This document shows positions 12,861 through 25,750 of a DNA stretch of 64,000 bases, piece by piece; within the stretch, counting starts at the first letter, position 1, and every line of letters begins with the position of its first letter. The position numbers and the translations under genes are program-made. Source of the stretch: Camelus dromedarius (lineage: Eukaryota); the NCBI RefSeq assembly GCF_036321535.1, contig NC_087436.1, positions 21,330,001 through 21,394,000 of the forward strand, written 5' to 3'. The notes under the pieces were generated by a model. It ran no database searches. It worked only from the letters and a program-made list of their open reading frames with translations, and was not told the DNA's origin.

Positions 12861-15800
12861 GAAAATGAATCCATCTTTTAAAGTCCTGGTGAAATCTCTC
12901 TTGCCACCATCATGAAATTTTAAAAGGATCCCAGAATTCATCCCCCTCTACTGAATGGGGAGGGGATTGCCAGTGTTCAGCAACTCAGCTGAATTCGTCT
13001 AGAGTCTGGCCTCACACATCACAGATCATAATACAATTTGCAGTACTCGGTGCATCCTGTGTCCCTAGTAGCACATACACTCCTGAAAGGTGGAGACAGT
13101 GCCTTCTCGGTCCGTTTCTGAATTCTTGGCAGCGCCTTGTTCTCAGCAGGCACTCCCTCGAGGGCTGAAGGGTCTGACCTGAGAGGTGACAGATCTGGCC
13201 CTGCCAGAACAGCTGGTTAACCTCTATGACCTCGGACAAATCAATTAGTCTCCCAGAGGCTAATTTTCATTCCCTGTAAAAAGAGGAGGTTGGCCTCTCA
13301 GCTAGGGGAGAAGGAGACACGCGTGACTGGGAAAGGTATTTAATATAGCTGTTGTTTTTGGAATGCGAATCGCAGAAAATAAAACTGGATTATAAAACAC
13401 AGGACACTCAAACAATGCGCGATAGAGAAATGGGTTGGAAAAGGTTGAGAAACATTGAACTTGATGATTTATAATTTTGGGCTTAAAATTCTACAACTCT
13501 TTGGTCACGCTCTTCGAGAGACTGTGCCAGGTACCACACTGCACAGTTTAGACACAGAACAAATGCAGCCTTTGTCCTCTGGAAATTAATATCCTATTAC
13601 AAACATCAAAGAATGATAAATGAAGCCACAATTTTCTCTGTAAACAGATCATGTGTACACACCTTCTACTATGTATACTGTGGGTCATTACGAAAATCAT
13701 AGAGAAAAACTATATTTAAAATAAAAATACACCAGGCATGCTTTTCCTGTTTTGACTACTTCGCTGCTTAAATGAAGGGAAAGAAAAAAAGAACACTGTT
13801 CAACAGCATCAGTTTAATTCTGTGCACTTTTCTTTAGAGAGAAATCACGTATCTGTATACCCTGTGAAGGCTTTGGTTTTATGTAACAGGAATAAATTAA
13901 CTTCCCAAATATTTTGCATTCTTACTAGCTCAGTATTTCCTTTACCTTTTTTCCAATACTTCAAACACCGAAATCTGAAATTGTCAGGGAAGGCCTGTAA
14001 AATCCAATCCTCCGACATGACTTTGGGGTCAATTATAACTTTGCCAGAAGGTAAGGGGTTCAAATACTTCTCCCCTAACTGAATGAGGACAGCATTCCTC
14101 GTCAAGGTCTTCGTAACACCACTGGAATTCAACCACTGGAGGTAGCATTTTACCAAGTGTTGCTCTTCCAAGAGTCAAAGACGAAAGCCCTTCTCTCCCG
14201 CTAATCAAGTAGTCATCCTTCCAACCAGAAGCATTTTCCTCTTGGCTTCTCTGACTGGCCGAGGCACTGATGGGAATGTGTGATGAGCTGGAGCTGAGAA
14301 AGCACACCAGGTACTTAATTCTTTACCCAGGTAGTCATTTCAGGGAGGAGTTCTGCTAGTCAGAAAGTGGCCTGACCGCATTTCCCAGCACGGCAATAAC
14401 TAAAAACTGCATTTCAGGAGAGAAAAACAGTCTACACGCTGGGTGGAACAGAATGAGTCCTAGTCCTGATTACCACGTCTCAGGACATAGATAACTCCCC
14501 CTTTTCAGAGAAAAGGTGAAAGAATGTGTGGGCAATGATTTTGACACAAATACCTTGTGATGTTAGTGGCGAGGCTTCTAGATCAGAGGAAGAAGTGAAA
14601 ACAAGGAGGAAAAGGACAAGAGGGGCAGGGACCCCTGGGGAAAGGAGAGCTTTTTTACCTCTCTCCCACTTAAAAAAGTTAGCAGATAAAATTTTATAGC
14701 AACTGACTAACTAAGGTATTAAATACAATGATAAAAATGACAAGAAAAATAGACTGACTTCTCAATCTTCTCCTGATGCTACTGTCTGCATTTTTTAATT
14801 TCACAAAAGCAAGCCTCTTAACTAAAATTGTATTTACCTACATATAATAGCTAAATTATTTCTAGGCAATAATGACAAATATTCAATTCAACAAAGCAAC
14901 ATGAAGTCAGTTAACTGACACTTTTTCCCTTTTTCAGACCAGAAGATGAAATGTAAAATGGAATTTTGATGTTTTCTTTTTCCATGTGTGACGTTCCTTA
15001 AGAAGAACAACATAGAAAACTTTTCCAAAAAAATTTTAACTACATGAGTCAAAACAAAGGAAAATAAATAAGAAAGGGAAAAGAAAAACAATGAACAGGA
15101 TAGTTAAAGCAAAGTTTAGTATTTTTCTTCCTTTCAAAAAAAAAAAAAACCTAAGATTTTTACATTGAAGAGAAATGTTTGGACTCTCCGTATATTGTTT
15201 TTAATTCATGGAACAATGTACCCATTTGCTTTTTCCCTTTTAGGACATTGTGTTTTTTTTTTTTTTAATCACAGGGAATTACCTAGGCCAAGTTTGAATT
15301 CAAAGAAAAAAGCTGCGAGAAGAAAAAACACCACTGTAAGAAAAACTCGTGGTACATTTGGCATTCTTTCCAGTATATAAAAATAAAAGAAAACTCAGTT
15401 TAGAAACAGGATAAAAAACTCCTAAAACACACAGAAAGGAAGGAACAATTAAACAGTAGGAAAAAAATTAAGATCACTCACATTTCCCCTTCTAGCAGCT
15501 CTGTTTCTTTGCAACTTACATCTTCCCCGGGCAGTGTGCATATAGTTGCTCTGCTAAAAACAACCACATGGAAAATTTCTGCTCCAGATAATGCTGCAGG
15601 ACAGGGCTTGGCAGCTAGAAGTTGTAATCAGACTGCTTCAAGGGCTAATGTAACCGAGATAACGACCAAGCATGCATTTCAGTGGAGAGCCTTAACTATT
15701 TTTTTTTTGTAAAGCAGGCTGTGGGAGGGTCGAAAGCAATTAGGTTCTACTTTAGACACATTCAGCAATGAGAATTTTCCTCTTCAGCTAGGGAGCATTT

Positions 15801-18800
15801 TGTTGCTGTAAATAAAAGAATTGCTTAAAAGAGAAAAGATTCTTTTTTTTTCCCCAGTGAAGGCATTCGTGTCTGACTTAAGGTGCTCACACAGACAAGC
15901 CTGGAATGGTCAAAACTTCCGGTTCCCAAAATGACTTTTCCCTGTAATTCCACAGGCCTGAGCTGCCATCTACAATTCATTAAGGCTCCCCCAGCCATTT
16001 AGTTGGCAATCGAAGAGGCTACTGATTTAATGACCGTGGAAATCCAAGGTACAATGGGCCACGTCTCCCCAGGAGTCATCTAAAGAAGAGAAGAATGCTG
16101 ATTTTATTTGTGCCCGTGGGGTGGCCAAAGAGGGGGAGCCGAAAGAGACCAGGAACTTGGTAAGTTTCCTGTACTCAGTCGACAGACCAGCCGAGATAGA
16201 GTCACAGGAACCTCATGACTTCAATCCAAGTTCAAATGGCAAATTCAGATGGAGCTCTGACTTGGGGGAAATGAGCCACCAAGTTAATGCCAGGAATGTG
16301 AAATGAGAGAAACCCTTCCATCGACAGGCAGCAGGGGTTTAACGTGATCCAATGGTGTTATTCTTTTCCCTCCAACACGAGCTGGCACTCACACAGCTGG
16401 GCTAAGATGGCTTCCCAAGTCCAAAATAAGACGCTAGCCCAAGGCGGCGCGGGCCCTCCTGCTGGAACTCAGAAGCAATCGAATCAAAGGCTCTTTTATT
16501 CTCCCTCCCACCAGAACATGCTCCCTCTCTGTTGTAAACGAAACGCTTGCCAGAATGAATTATTTCGTCTAAAACAGACAGAAAGAAATTGTAAATAACA
16601 CATGTCCCTTGGAATTTTAATAAGTTCAGGTGACCGGACAGGCTGGCTTGTTTGGTTTGTTTCTAGCCTGGGACAGAAAATTCACTCGTGGTCAGGATCT
16701 CCTCAAGGGGCATTAGGTCATGGCAGAAACAGGAACTTCTCAAATTGTAGGTTAACAGCTGAAGTCCAAACTCCATGCCTGAAATGGAGGTGTTCCATCC
16801 TTTTCGCCAGGATGTCTAAACTCAAAGTAAAGTCCTCCTTCTTCCTTAAAGAGCAGGCCACCCTTACGATTTCACTACTTCCGTCAGCAGTACCTGGATT
16901 CTTCCAAGAATAGAGCCTGAAGTTCACCTGTGAAGCCTTCTCTGGCAGCCCCCATCGCCTTCCCCTCTCAGTCTGAACTCTTAAGCAATTGTTGTCTGTA
17001 TCATCCATCTGGCAATTAATCATACATGGCCTTTTAAACATGGCTCTTATAAAATGATTTAAAGGAACGTGCAATTTATAGCCTGTGTTCACAAACAGAT
17101 TAGAAACTCCTTACAGGTCGGGAGTGGGCCTTTCCCACCACTGTATTCCACACATGGTACATTTACAAAAGCTCCAGAAACACCTGTTTATTTATTCAGT
17201 CAACAGATACCTTGGTGAGCCTCCGCTCTGTAACAGACACAGCACCCAGCACAGGCACTGTGCAGCCCTGGGCTCAGTGAGCCTGCATCTCATTAAGGGA
17301 TGGCTGGAGGGTCCCAAAGAATTCTGCCTAATCAGTTCTAATACATTCACTAGATTATTTAAGATGAACAAGAAATGAAGATTTATTTCCCCAAAGAAGG
17401 AGGCCTACAGAGAAACTCCTCATCCACCCTCCCTTCCAACGAAACATCTGAGAAGAGGCGTATTAGATGGCAGGAGAGTTTAGAATGTAGACGTCTTGCC
17501 CACTCTTCCGCATTTTACAGATAAGGCAACTTTGGATCACAAGGGTCCAAAGATCACAGGGGAAGCGGCAAAGGCAAGGTGAATCCTGGGTCCTGACACT
17601 TGGTCCAGGGTTCCTTCCACCACAGCCCAATTTCCCCGAAACCCTTCAAATACAAAGCAGTAACCCACCTGCTACGATGCCCTGCTAGTGTGTGTCTCTG
17701 TAAGAAAACTAGGAGCGCTGGCACTTAGTCACCTCTTAAACTTCCTCAATCTGCAAATCAAGACCTTATCTACATGCTTTTCATGTCAACCACAAAATAT
17801 GCAATTTTATTCGGACTTAAAAGTGCTCTGCCATTGTACTGCTCTCCTATTTTTCAAGCAGACTTATTATGGCAAAACACACTGAAATAACCGATTCAGC
17901 TGTCAAGCAGAATATCCAAGTATAATTCTTGCCATACTGCTGTATCTGTTTGAAGATGATCAATTCAAAAAAAAAATTTTTTTAAACAGCAGAATTCCAA
18001 AACTACTTCCAAACTGATACACCTTCCTCACAGTAATTTTGAATCCCAAGAGACAACAATCAGATTTAGGGATTCAGCCAGTTTTACGTGGAGAGTTTGG
18101 TACTTATCACTAAGCCCAGGTACAACAAAATAATTAACTATCATTAACTTCCATAAAGACTTAATGTAATTGCTAGCTCCTAAGAGCAACAATGCTCCTG
18201 CCTTCCTGGAAAAGGTAAAGAGAAGACATTAGAAATTTGAATGGAATGTTCACTGTTAGGGTTGCAAGAAAAAATTTCCTTCAACAGTATAATTACGCTC
18301 CTTCAGCCACTGTAAGCAAAAGCTTCAGAATCTGTTGACTGCTACTGGTAATTGCCAAAAAAGGGCAGGGAGAGCTTCCAGACATCACAGTGCTCTTCGT
18401 TGTAGGGACATGATGGGGCAGGGACGTAATGCTTAGCACAGATCTGGGCTGTCCTTGAACCAAGGAGATGCTGTTATTCTGCCTTCTCCACTCCTCTCTC
18501 CGCCAAGTAAGATGTCAGGTGCCCCCTCCCTGTCCAAGAGGCAGAGGCTATTTCTGTTCTGATCCCATTCCCAGAACCAGGGTTGGGTTCTGGAAGTCCA
18601 GACAAGAACCATCCTACTCCCTGACAGCTGAAGACCAGAGCCCAGGCTGGGTGCAGATTACAGATTACACACCCGAGAGCTGGCCGGCTGACAGCTAGCA
18701 GGCCACCTTGCTCTGGCCTCAGAAGCAGGTTCTCCTGCTGAGATTGCACACCTGCCCCATGCGGACAGCTGGGCCAAGGAGGAGTCCAAACTTGCTGTCT

Positions 18801-21800
18801 GGGCTTGGGGCAGGCCATGGGGACGCTCCCCCTGAAGAGATATGGGAGCTGGCTTGAAGCAATCCTTTGTTCTCAGACTTACATTTTATCTCAGCTAAAA
18901 TTTCAAGTCCTGATGAAAATTCCACCATTATTTCAAAGGGCTGCTTTTTCTTTAAATAGCTCTTTAAAAAAATCTGAGCGCCACTGTTGAGTGCATACTA
19001 CCAAGAGTTGACTTGTTTTCTGTAACTCTAAAGATGCTGATCTGTACATGATTCTACTCAGGTCCTTAACAGAGTAAAACAGCAGCTGTTTAATATAGAA
19101 CACAGGATGAGAACGGCAACACAGTAGTAGCAAGACTGAAAGCATGAAAAATTTCACCTCCAGTTAAGTAGACTTGAAAAAATTCAGAGGATGGAACACA
19201 GACAAGAGGTTGTTACTCTTTTGCAAATAAATACAGGGGGGAAAAAAAAAGACAAAAAGACTAGAGAACCTACTCACTAGTCTTCCCCTCTCACACCACT
19301 TTCACACTCTTTAGGAAATTCAAGAAAAGTGTCTGTATCAGATGAACACACTAGTGTGCAAAAACAATGCTGCTGACTATGAAACAGTAAACATAAAATG
19401 GAATTGTAAATGAGATGCATTGGGGCCATAACTTGCAATGCCTTTAAAGACAAAACTGAAACAATTTCTTGACACTCCTTATGGATCATCTTAACCAATG
19501 CTTGGACTACCCTATAAATACTGTAAACAGTGAGACAACTGTCCAAGTCCCCTGGGCCAAATGTTCCCCAGCAGAATCAATGCACAAACTCCCTGAAGTC
19601 ACATTTGACAATGATAGTCCCACACATCCGAGGTATCTTATCACAGCAAACCCCTTCATTCAAAGCTATTATCAAGCACCATTTGCCTACTGGGTGGCCA
19701 ACGATGTTTCCTTTCATCTAGAAAATAAAGATTTTACGTGAACACAAAACAAGCATAGGAGATGCCTCTGTTTTTGAGGGGCAAAGCTGCTCTAACAAAA
19801 ATGACCTAAATTGGATACCCAGCCAAACAGCAATCACCTGGGAACGTCAAAATCTTTTGGGCAACCAACATGACAGGGTAAATAGAAGACGAGCCTCATT
19901 TTAACTTATAAGGCTCCAGTCACCCTCTTGGACTTCTCAGTTCTAATGGTCACCCTGCCCACGGTCTCCCTGGGTCATCTCCACCCACTTCACTACTGCG
20001 GAAAGAAAACTCTAGCACTCCAGCAGGCAAGGAAAACCCCGCCCCTCCTCAGCTGGTAGGCATCTTCTTCCCTCTGTTGATGACAACTGAGGGAGCCTGC
20101 TGTCTCTCTAAAGTCTTCCGATGGTTTCAGGCTGCATTCAGCTTGTTCCTCAAAACATCTCTGAAAACACCTCTAGTGTTCAGCTTGGGCACACAATCAG
20201 AAACCACTCCACGTTGCTGGCTCCTTCTCCACAGGCTCGGCTTCTGTTCCTTCAAGCCTGCACCTCTGATCCACAGCCCGCCTCTTCCTGGCATGCATGC
20301 TGCTCAACCAACATCCACCGACTCACAAAAAGGCCCTTGACAGATGACCCAGCCTGAGCGCCACTTGAAATGAACTAGGGGAGCGTCATTACCCTTTTAA
20401 AGCCTGGTCAGCTGGGCAGATCTAGGTTCATATCTGGCCTCTGGCATGCTCTGGTTCTGCAAACTGTGTTGTCATCTGTTAAACAGATGATACCAACCTC
20501 ATAAAACATTGTAATGCTCAAATGAAATCATAAATTTTTTAAAATTTAAATGCCCCCGTTTTTTGGTCACTGTTAAGACATAATCTTTTGGGCTGATTTT
20601 CTTCCTGGTTTGCATTACATTAAATTGCAAGCCTGAAAGGCATGGCTTTTTTCCTCATGCCTAGTCCACTGCTCAGCATCTTTTGAGAGCCATAAACCAA
20701 TCACATTAAAGGACACATTAAACCTCTATTATCACTACCTATTTCAGCTAATGTCATGCTCTTTAGTTCCCCCAAGAACCCAGTCATTTAGGTCTATGAC
20801 TTTCCCAAACCATGCCATCTCAAAACAATTACATCTCTCGGTCACCCTATCCCCTCTTCTCACACACATACCATCTCCTATTTAGAACTCAGCTGAAAAA
20901 CACTGTCTCTCCCCAATTCCTGGAATAAAGTTAGCATATTTACCAGAACATTCAGGCAAACTGTGATGGGTGGAGAGGAAGGATTTGGAAGGATTCAAAA
21001 TCTCTGGAGAACTTTCTTAGGATTTGTGGCATCAAGTCCTTAAATGAGAATTACTTGTCTATAACAAATTCTGGCAGAAAGGAAACCAAAAACTCACTGG
21101 TGAGTTGTCGGTGAAGTTAAATATGGCACTTCACTCGATTCTATGCATACAAACAGTGACTAATAGGATTAACTCGAGCTCTCTTACTGGGTGTAGATAT
21201 CCTTTAACAAGAAACAGGTTCCATTGGAAAGCGTCGCCCCCCTGGTAGTCAACTTATATTTAAAGGGGCATGCATTTTGCTTTCGAAACGTACTTTACTA
21301 GAAAAATACTTGCTCCATATGCCAGGGCAAAAGTGTCATTTCTTTCCTTTGCAGGCGGCAGCGACAAAAGAACCAGTAGGGGAGAAGGGGATAAGCTCTC
21401 AGACCCCTGAAGAGGACACAGATGTCCATCAAAGTAAGGTGGGTTCTTTCAAGGAATTTTTTTCCGTAACAGCTAAAACGTTTTAACACATAATCAGCAT
21501 CTTGTATCAATTACTCAAATACCATGAAGCAGCCCTGGTGGCCTGGGAAAGGACCGCAAGACACAGAAATCCTGACCGGCCTCAGCTGTTCCCTCCTGCG
21601 GGGCTTGACAGCGCATCTAAAGCGTCCAAGCATCAGCCACCAGGCTCCCCCCAGCGCGCTCCTCCTGCAGCAAACTGCCAAAGCTCTCAGGCCAAACTCC
21701 AATGTCCCTTGATTCCAAACCGCCAAAACGTGAACCCTGCTAGGCAAACGGTAGGGCGCGTAATAATTTTTTTCTTTCCCTGTGCGCGGATCTGAGATGC

Positions 21801-22256
21801 TCGTCTCTAAGGCCAAATTCCCCGGTCCCCCGCCCGCTTCCCGCTAACAACTCCAGAGGAAGGCGGGAGGGAACGCGGACCGAACAGAGGGTTGGTGAGT
21901 TCAAAAACCTCCGCGGTTTTCCCAGTGCGGGAAATTTACTGGACTGCAGCCCTGAAGGATTCGATGCAGATATAATGAAAGGAGAATGCTCTCCCCCTAC
22001 CTCACCCCTGCTAAAAAGAATAATGAAAACATGCAACGGGCTTTCAGCTGGCAATGCCGGGCCCTCCGATGGGCGGATGTCAGGAATCTGGAGGAAGAAA
22101 GGTGCCCGGCCAAGCGGAGGCCCAGGAGTGAGCGTGCAGCCCGGGTCCCGAGCCTGCCGGGGAAGGGGCCCAGGGGAAAGGGATGGGGACTAAGTGGAAG
22201 CAGCAGCCCGCGCGTGAGCTGCCCGGGGAGGCGAGCGGCAGCCGTGCTCTACTTAC

Positions 22257-22328
22257 ATAACGCTTCAACTTTTTCTCCGGGGGGGACTTGCGGAGCCATC
22301 CCGAGCAGACCACTTCGCCGCCGCTCAT
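22257..22328 (-). CDS. GAB1: GRB2-associated binding protein 1, coding exon 1 (start of PH domain, 24 codons, phase-0 intron follows)
   Basis: Translates [24 protein letters not shown], matching the GAB1 N-terminus as I recall it (GAB2 begins MSGGGDVVCTGW, GAB3 MSAGDAVCTGW); ATG context gcaccATG; consensus donor GTAAGT at 22256-22251; lies in a CpG island. Confidence 0.97.
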
Positions 22329-22715
22329 GGTGCTCGCCTCTCGGACTCCGGGCCGGGCGCGCTCCCGACACCGCCGACGCCGGACGGCCGCGCAACCGCG
22401 GGGAGCTAGCTCTCGGGCGGCGTCTCCCGGGCGGACGGGGCGGACGGGGCGGACGGGGAGCGCTGGCTCTCCACGTCCGAGCTTCTCTCCCGGAGGCAGA
22501 TCCACTGACGTGAGTAGAAGTGGGCTGAGCCGCCGAGGCCAACGCGCCGCCGAGGCCAACACCTCGGGGCAGGGGCCGCGGCCGGGCCTCCCTTCAGTGC
22601 GCCCGCCCAGCCGCCAGGCGCGTCGTCCCGCCGGCCGCCTCAGCAGCGCTCGGGCTCAGCGGGACTCTGCCCCGGCGCGGAGCCGGAGCCTCGGCCCCTT
22701 GCGCTCCGCCCCCTT
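22329..22715 (-). other. GAB1: GAB1 exon 1 5' UTR (TSS approximate)
   Basis: GC-rich, no upstream ATG on the minus strand; the segment agggggcggagcgcaa...gcagagtcccgctgag...gggcgcactgaa resembles the human GAB1 mRNA leader from memory. TSS cannot be fixed from sequence alone. Confidence 0.65.
22429..22458 (+). repeat. (GGGCGGACG)3 tandem repeat in the GAB1 5' UTR
   Basis: Three exact 9-mers starting at 22429, 22438 and 22447, followed by GGG. Confidence 0.9.
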
Positions 22716-22760
22716 GGGACGGGACCTCCCAGAGCGCTCTCCGAGACAGACACGACGCTG

Positions 22761-22808
22761 CACGCGCGCGCGCACACACACACTTACACATACACACAAA
22801 CACACACA
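22761..22808. repeat. (CG)n-(CA)n alternating purine-pyrimidine tract
   Basis: cacgcgcgcgcgcacacacacacttacacatacacacaaacacacaca. Confidence 0.85.
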
Positions 22809-24945
22809 ATGCCCCGCGCAGCGCCCACTCCGGCTCGCCGGCTCTCGGTTTCCGTGCGCCCAGCGCGATCCTCTCCTTCCCGCTCCTCGGGGAGGGTGGG
22901 TCACTTCCCCGCGGCGCCGGGCAGCGGAGGGGAAAGGGGAAGCCGCGAGGGTCCCGTGGGCAGCGGGCGCAGGGCTGGTCCCGGGCCACGGAGAGAGCCG
23001 CCGGCTCGGCGTCGCTGGGCAGGGCGCAGGTCCCGCCGGAGGGTGGGTCCGCGCTCGCCGCCGCCGGAGAGAGAGGGCGGAGAGCGGCGGAGGAACGAGG
23101 CGCTCGGCTGCGGGGACCGAGCCCACTGTCCCGTCCCCTCACGCTCCTCCCGCGCCGCCTCCCCCACCCCGGGGTGCGCGGCAGGTTCGGAGCAGCCCGG
23201 CCCCCGATCCCTCCCTCTCCCGGCCTCCTGGCTCCCTCTTCCTCCCTTGCCTCCTCCCCTTCCCACGTTCGGGCCGGCTCCGGTTTCTGCCGAGACTTTC
23301 TCTGAAACTCCGCCGGAGCGCTTCCAGCCAAAACAACGAGGGCCGGGGAGGAGGAGACGCAGGGAGGGAGGGAGCGGGAGTAGGAGGGAGCGGGAGTCCC
23401 AGAGGCACCCTGGGATCTGTAGTTCGGGAAGCTGGAGCCGGGTCCTCGGCCGCCGGGCGGCGATTGCGCCCGGAGCCCCCAGAGGACTCCTCTCCGGGAA
23501 AGGCCAGGAGACCTCGCGAGGGCGGCGTGGCCGCGGCTCGGGCTCCGGGAGGAGCGAGGAACGTTCATTCGCTCAGTCTAGGGTTTGCCATCTTGGCTTG
23601 GCCGAGTGTCAGTTCTGAGTTTGTACTGGTGCATGAGATCAGGAGTTTGGTGGGGTGGGGTAATTCTCTACTTGACATCCTTCAAAGGCACAACTGCCGG
23701 GAGGGAGACCTCTGCGCCTTGGAGAGTCGGTGACCTCCGGATCCCTGTCCTCAAGACTGAAGGGCAGGGTCCAGGAGGACGAGGGCGCTGGGGGACGCGC
23801 CGAGGCGACCATCCTGGAAGAGAGATCTGAGAGGAACCCTCCCCCGCTGGCCTGGGTTAGTCCCCGGAGCGGCCTTGTCGGAGGGGTGGGATCGCTTAGT
23901 GGGGCCAAAGGATTTAGTTGAATCTATCCCTGGGACATTTTGAACTCTCACGTTCCCTTTATTTGTTGCCAGTTTCTTCCAGTTGACTTTGCTTTTTAAA
24001 ATCTACCCTTGGGATGTTGGACCAGAAAAGGGAAACTTGCTGGGTGTCCTAGTTTTATTTGCTTGCTGGTGTATGCTTTACAATTATGATACCTGGTCCT
24101 GAGTTTAACCCATTTCTGTAATAGAAATATCTTTAACATTTTGTATGCGAAACGAAGCCCCCAAACAAATTTTAGAAGGTAATATAAAAAACCAGATAAA
24201 AATGGTAAAAATAGTAGGGGATAAATGAACATTTCTGGGGGAAAAATGGCCTCAGGCATTTTCTTGTTAATACGACGTTCATATTCAGGAGTTCCTTTGA
24301 GTCTGAAAATGTTATACTTTGATAGTAGGAAAGTAGGTGGTGACAAACAAAGGTCCCTGCACTCATGGGGAGTGACATTCCTGCCGTGGCTTAGCATAGT
24401 GAACGGAGTCAGTACAAGTGCAGATTGTGATTAAGTGTTGTGCACTGGAGGGAATAAACAGTAAACTGGAAGAATAACCAAACAGCTAGGTCAGATAGGA
24501 TGAGAGAAGTCTTCCTTGAAGAGGCAGCTAAGCAGAGATTTGAAAGATGTGAAGAAAGAGGAGAATCAGACTTGTTTTGTGGAAGGATCAAATGGATAAT
24601 CATGAGGAGGACTGAGAGAGAAAAAACAAGCAAGGGGGTTCATTGCTTTTCTTAAATTTTAAGGCTTTTTAGAATACAAGTGAGTGTAATTTTTATGGCA
24701 ACTAATAAACCAAAACAATTTTTTAATGTGCACTCAGGTTTTACCACAAGCCCTGCAAATGAAAATAAATCATCGAATTTGTTTTCCACTTCTCCCACAG
24801 GCAGTGTGCATGTAAACTGAGTCAAAATATTTATGAGTAACATTGGTAAGACTAGTCCACTCCTTCGTAGTTAACTGTTGGCTAGAAAATTAACCACTTC
24901 CTCCACTCCTGTTAATAAAGACATTTTTAATGAAAAATTGTAACA

Positions 24946-25240
24946 TAGTCGTCCCTCTGGCCTCCCCCTCTGTATCCCTGAGGAACTGGTTCCAGGACTC
25001 CCCACTCCCCATACCAGAATCTGTGGATGCCCAAATCCACGTGTCGTATTTGCGTATAACCTAAGCACATCCTCCCATCCAATGTGATGTGAATGCTGTG
25101 TAAATAGTTGTAAACACAATGTAAATGTCATGTGCCAGCAAGTGACAAGTTCAAGTTTTGCTTTTTTGGAACCTTCTGGATTTTTTCCAAATATTTCCCA
25201 TCCAAGGTTGGTTGAATCCAAGGATATGGAGGGCTGACTA
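24946..25240. mobile_element. MER2/MER2B-like Tigger MITE
   Basis: Termini tagtcgtccctc...gagggctgacta; internal tggttccaggac, gtatttgcgtataaccta and ggttggttgaatcc. Confidence 0.8.
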
Positions 25241-25750
25241 TATATCTTGTACTATTTTGGAATATTCCAATAATTTTTTTCTTTATTTCAAATGAGGGAT
25301 TCAGTGACCTCATTTCTATAAAAGAACTCATTAAGTATTTTTCCCTATTTTCAACTATGTTGTTTGAAATTTGAAATTCTAGAGATAAGTAAGGATTGTG
25401 GAGCAGTTGGAGGTAGATATGTCTCCATGTTTGAATGATAGAAAGGAAATTTGCTTTGTTTTTATAATGTATGCCATTTTTAGGTTGTCTGTTAAATTAC
25501 GTTTTATATCTTTATACATTAAAAGGCATGCTGGAAGACACTGTTATACATAAGTATCTTAAATTCCATTCATACAGCAAATATTTATGGAATGTATAGT
25601 ATGTACATGTTCTCCAGGATACAGTAGGGAGGATAACCAGACCTGTTTCCTCACTCTTTTGTCCTAGAGAAGAACATTTTACTAGTAATTAGCCCCGTAA
25701 CTTCTACAATACAGTTGAAAAACTGCTGTGAACAAAAAACAAAGAGTCTT

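Larger units (their letters stand above)
1..22256 (-). other. GAB1: GAB1 intron 1 (proximal part; exon 2 lies outside the window)
   Basis: Starts at the GT donor at 22256; no AWKRRWFVL-like exon 2 peptide appears in the ORF track for 1-22250. Confidence 0.85.
21780..23900. promoter_or_regulatory. CpG island / GAB1 promoter
   Basis: Sharp rise in GC and CpG density against CpG-poor flanks; several GGGCGG boxes (22429-22452, 22706-22711); ETS-like GGAAGT near 22904-22909 (minus); spans the first coding exon. Confidence 0.93.

Noticed and set aside
13845..14307. Two overlapping minus-strand ORFs (108 and 92 aa) in intron 1 as a possible alternative exon
   Set aside because: Non-ATG starts, no recognisable homology, only weak splice signals.
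21231..21250. CTCF-like site (ctaccaggggggcg on minus); also 16121-16140
   Set aside because: Spacing deviates from the CCASYAGRKGGC core; unsupportable without a matrix scan or ChIP data.
22080..22256. Continuation of the GAB1 ORF past KRY (VSRARL...)
   Set aside because: Read-through into intron 1 beyond the GTAAGT donor; GAB1 continues AWKRRWF in exon 2.
23298..23306. GAS-like TTCTCTGAA in the promoter
   Set aside because: Single short motif expected by chance; no supporting evidence.
22288..23733. 481-aa + strand ORF and overlapping 324, 269 and 175-aa ORFs
   Set aside because: All lie in the CpG island where stop codons are rare; Arg/Pro/Gly/Ala-rich, open in several frames at once, no recognisable domain.
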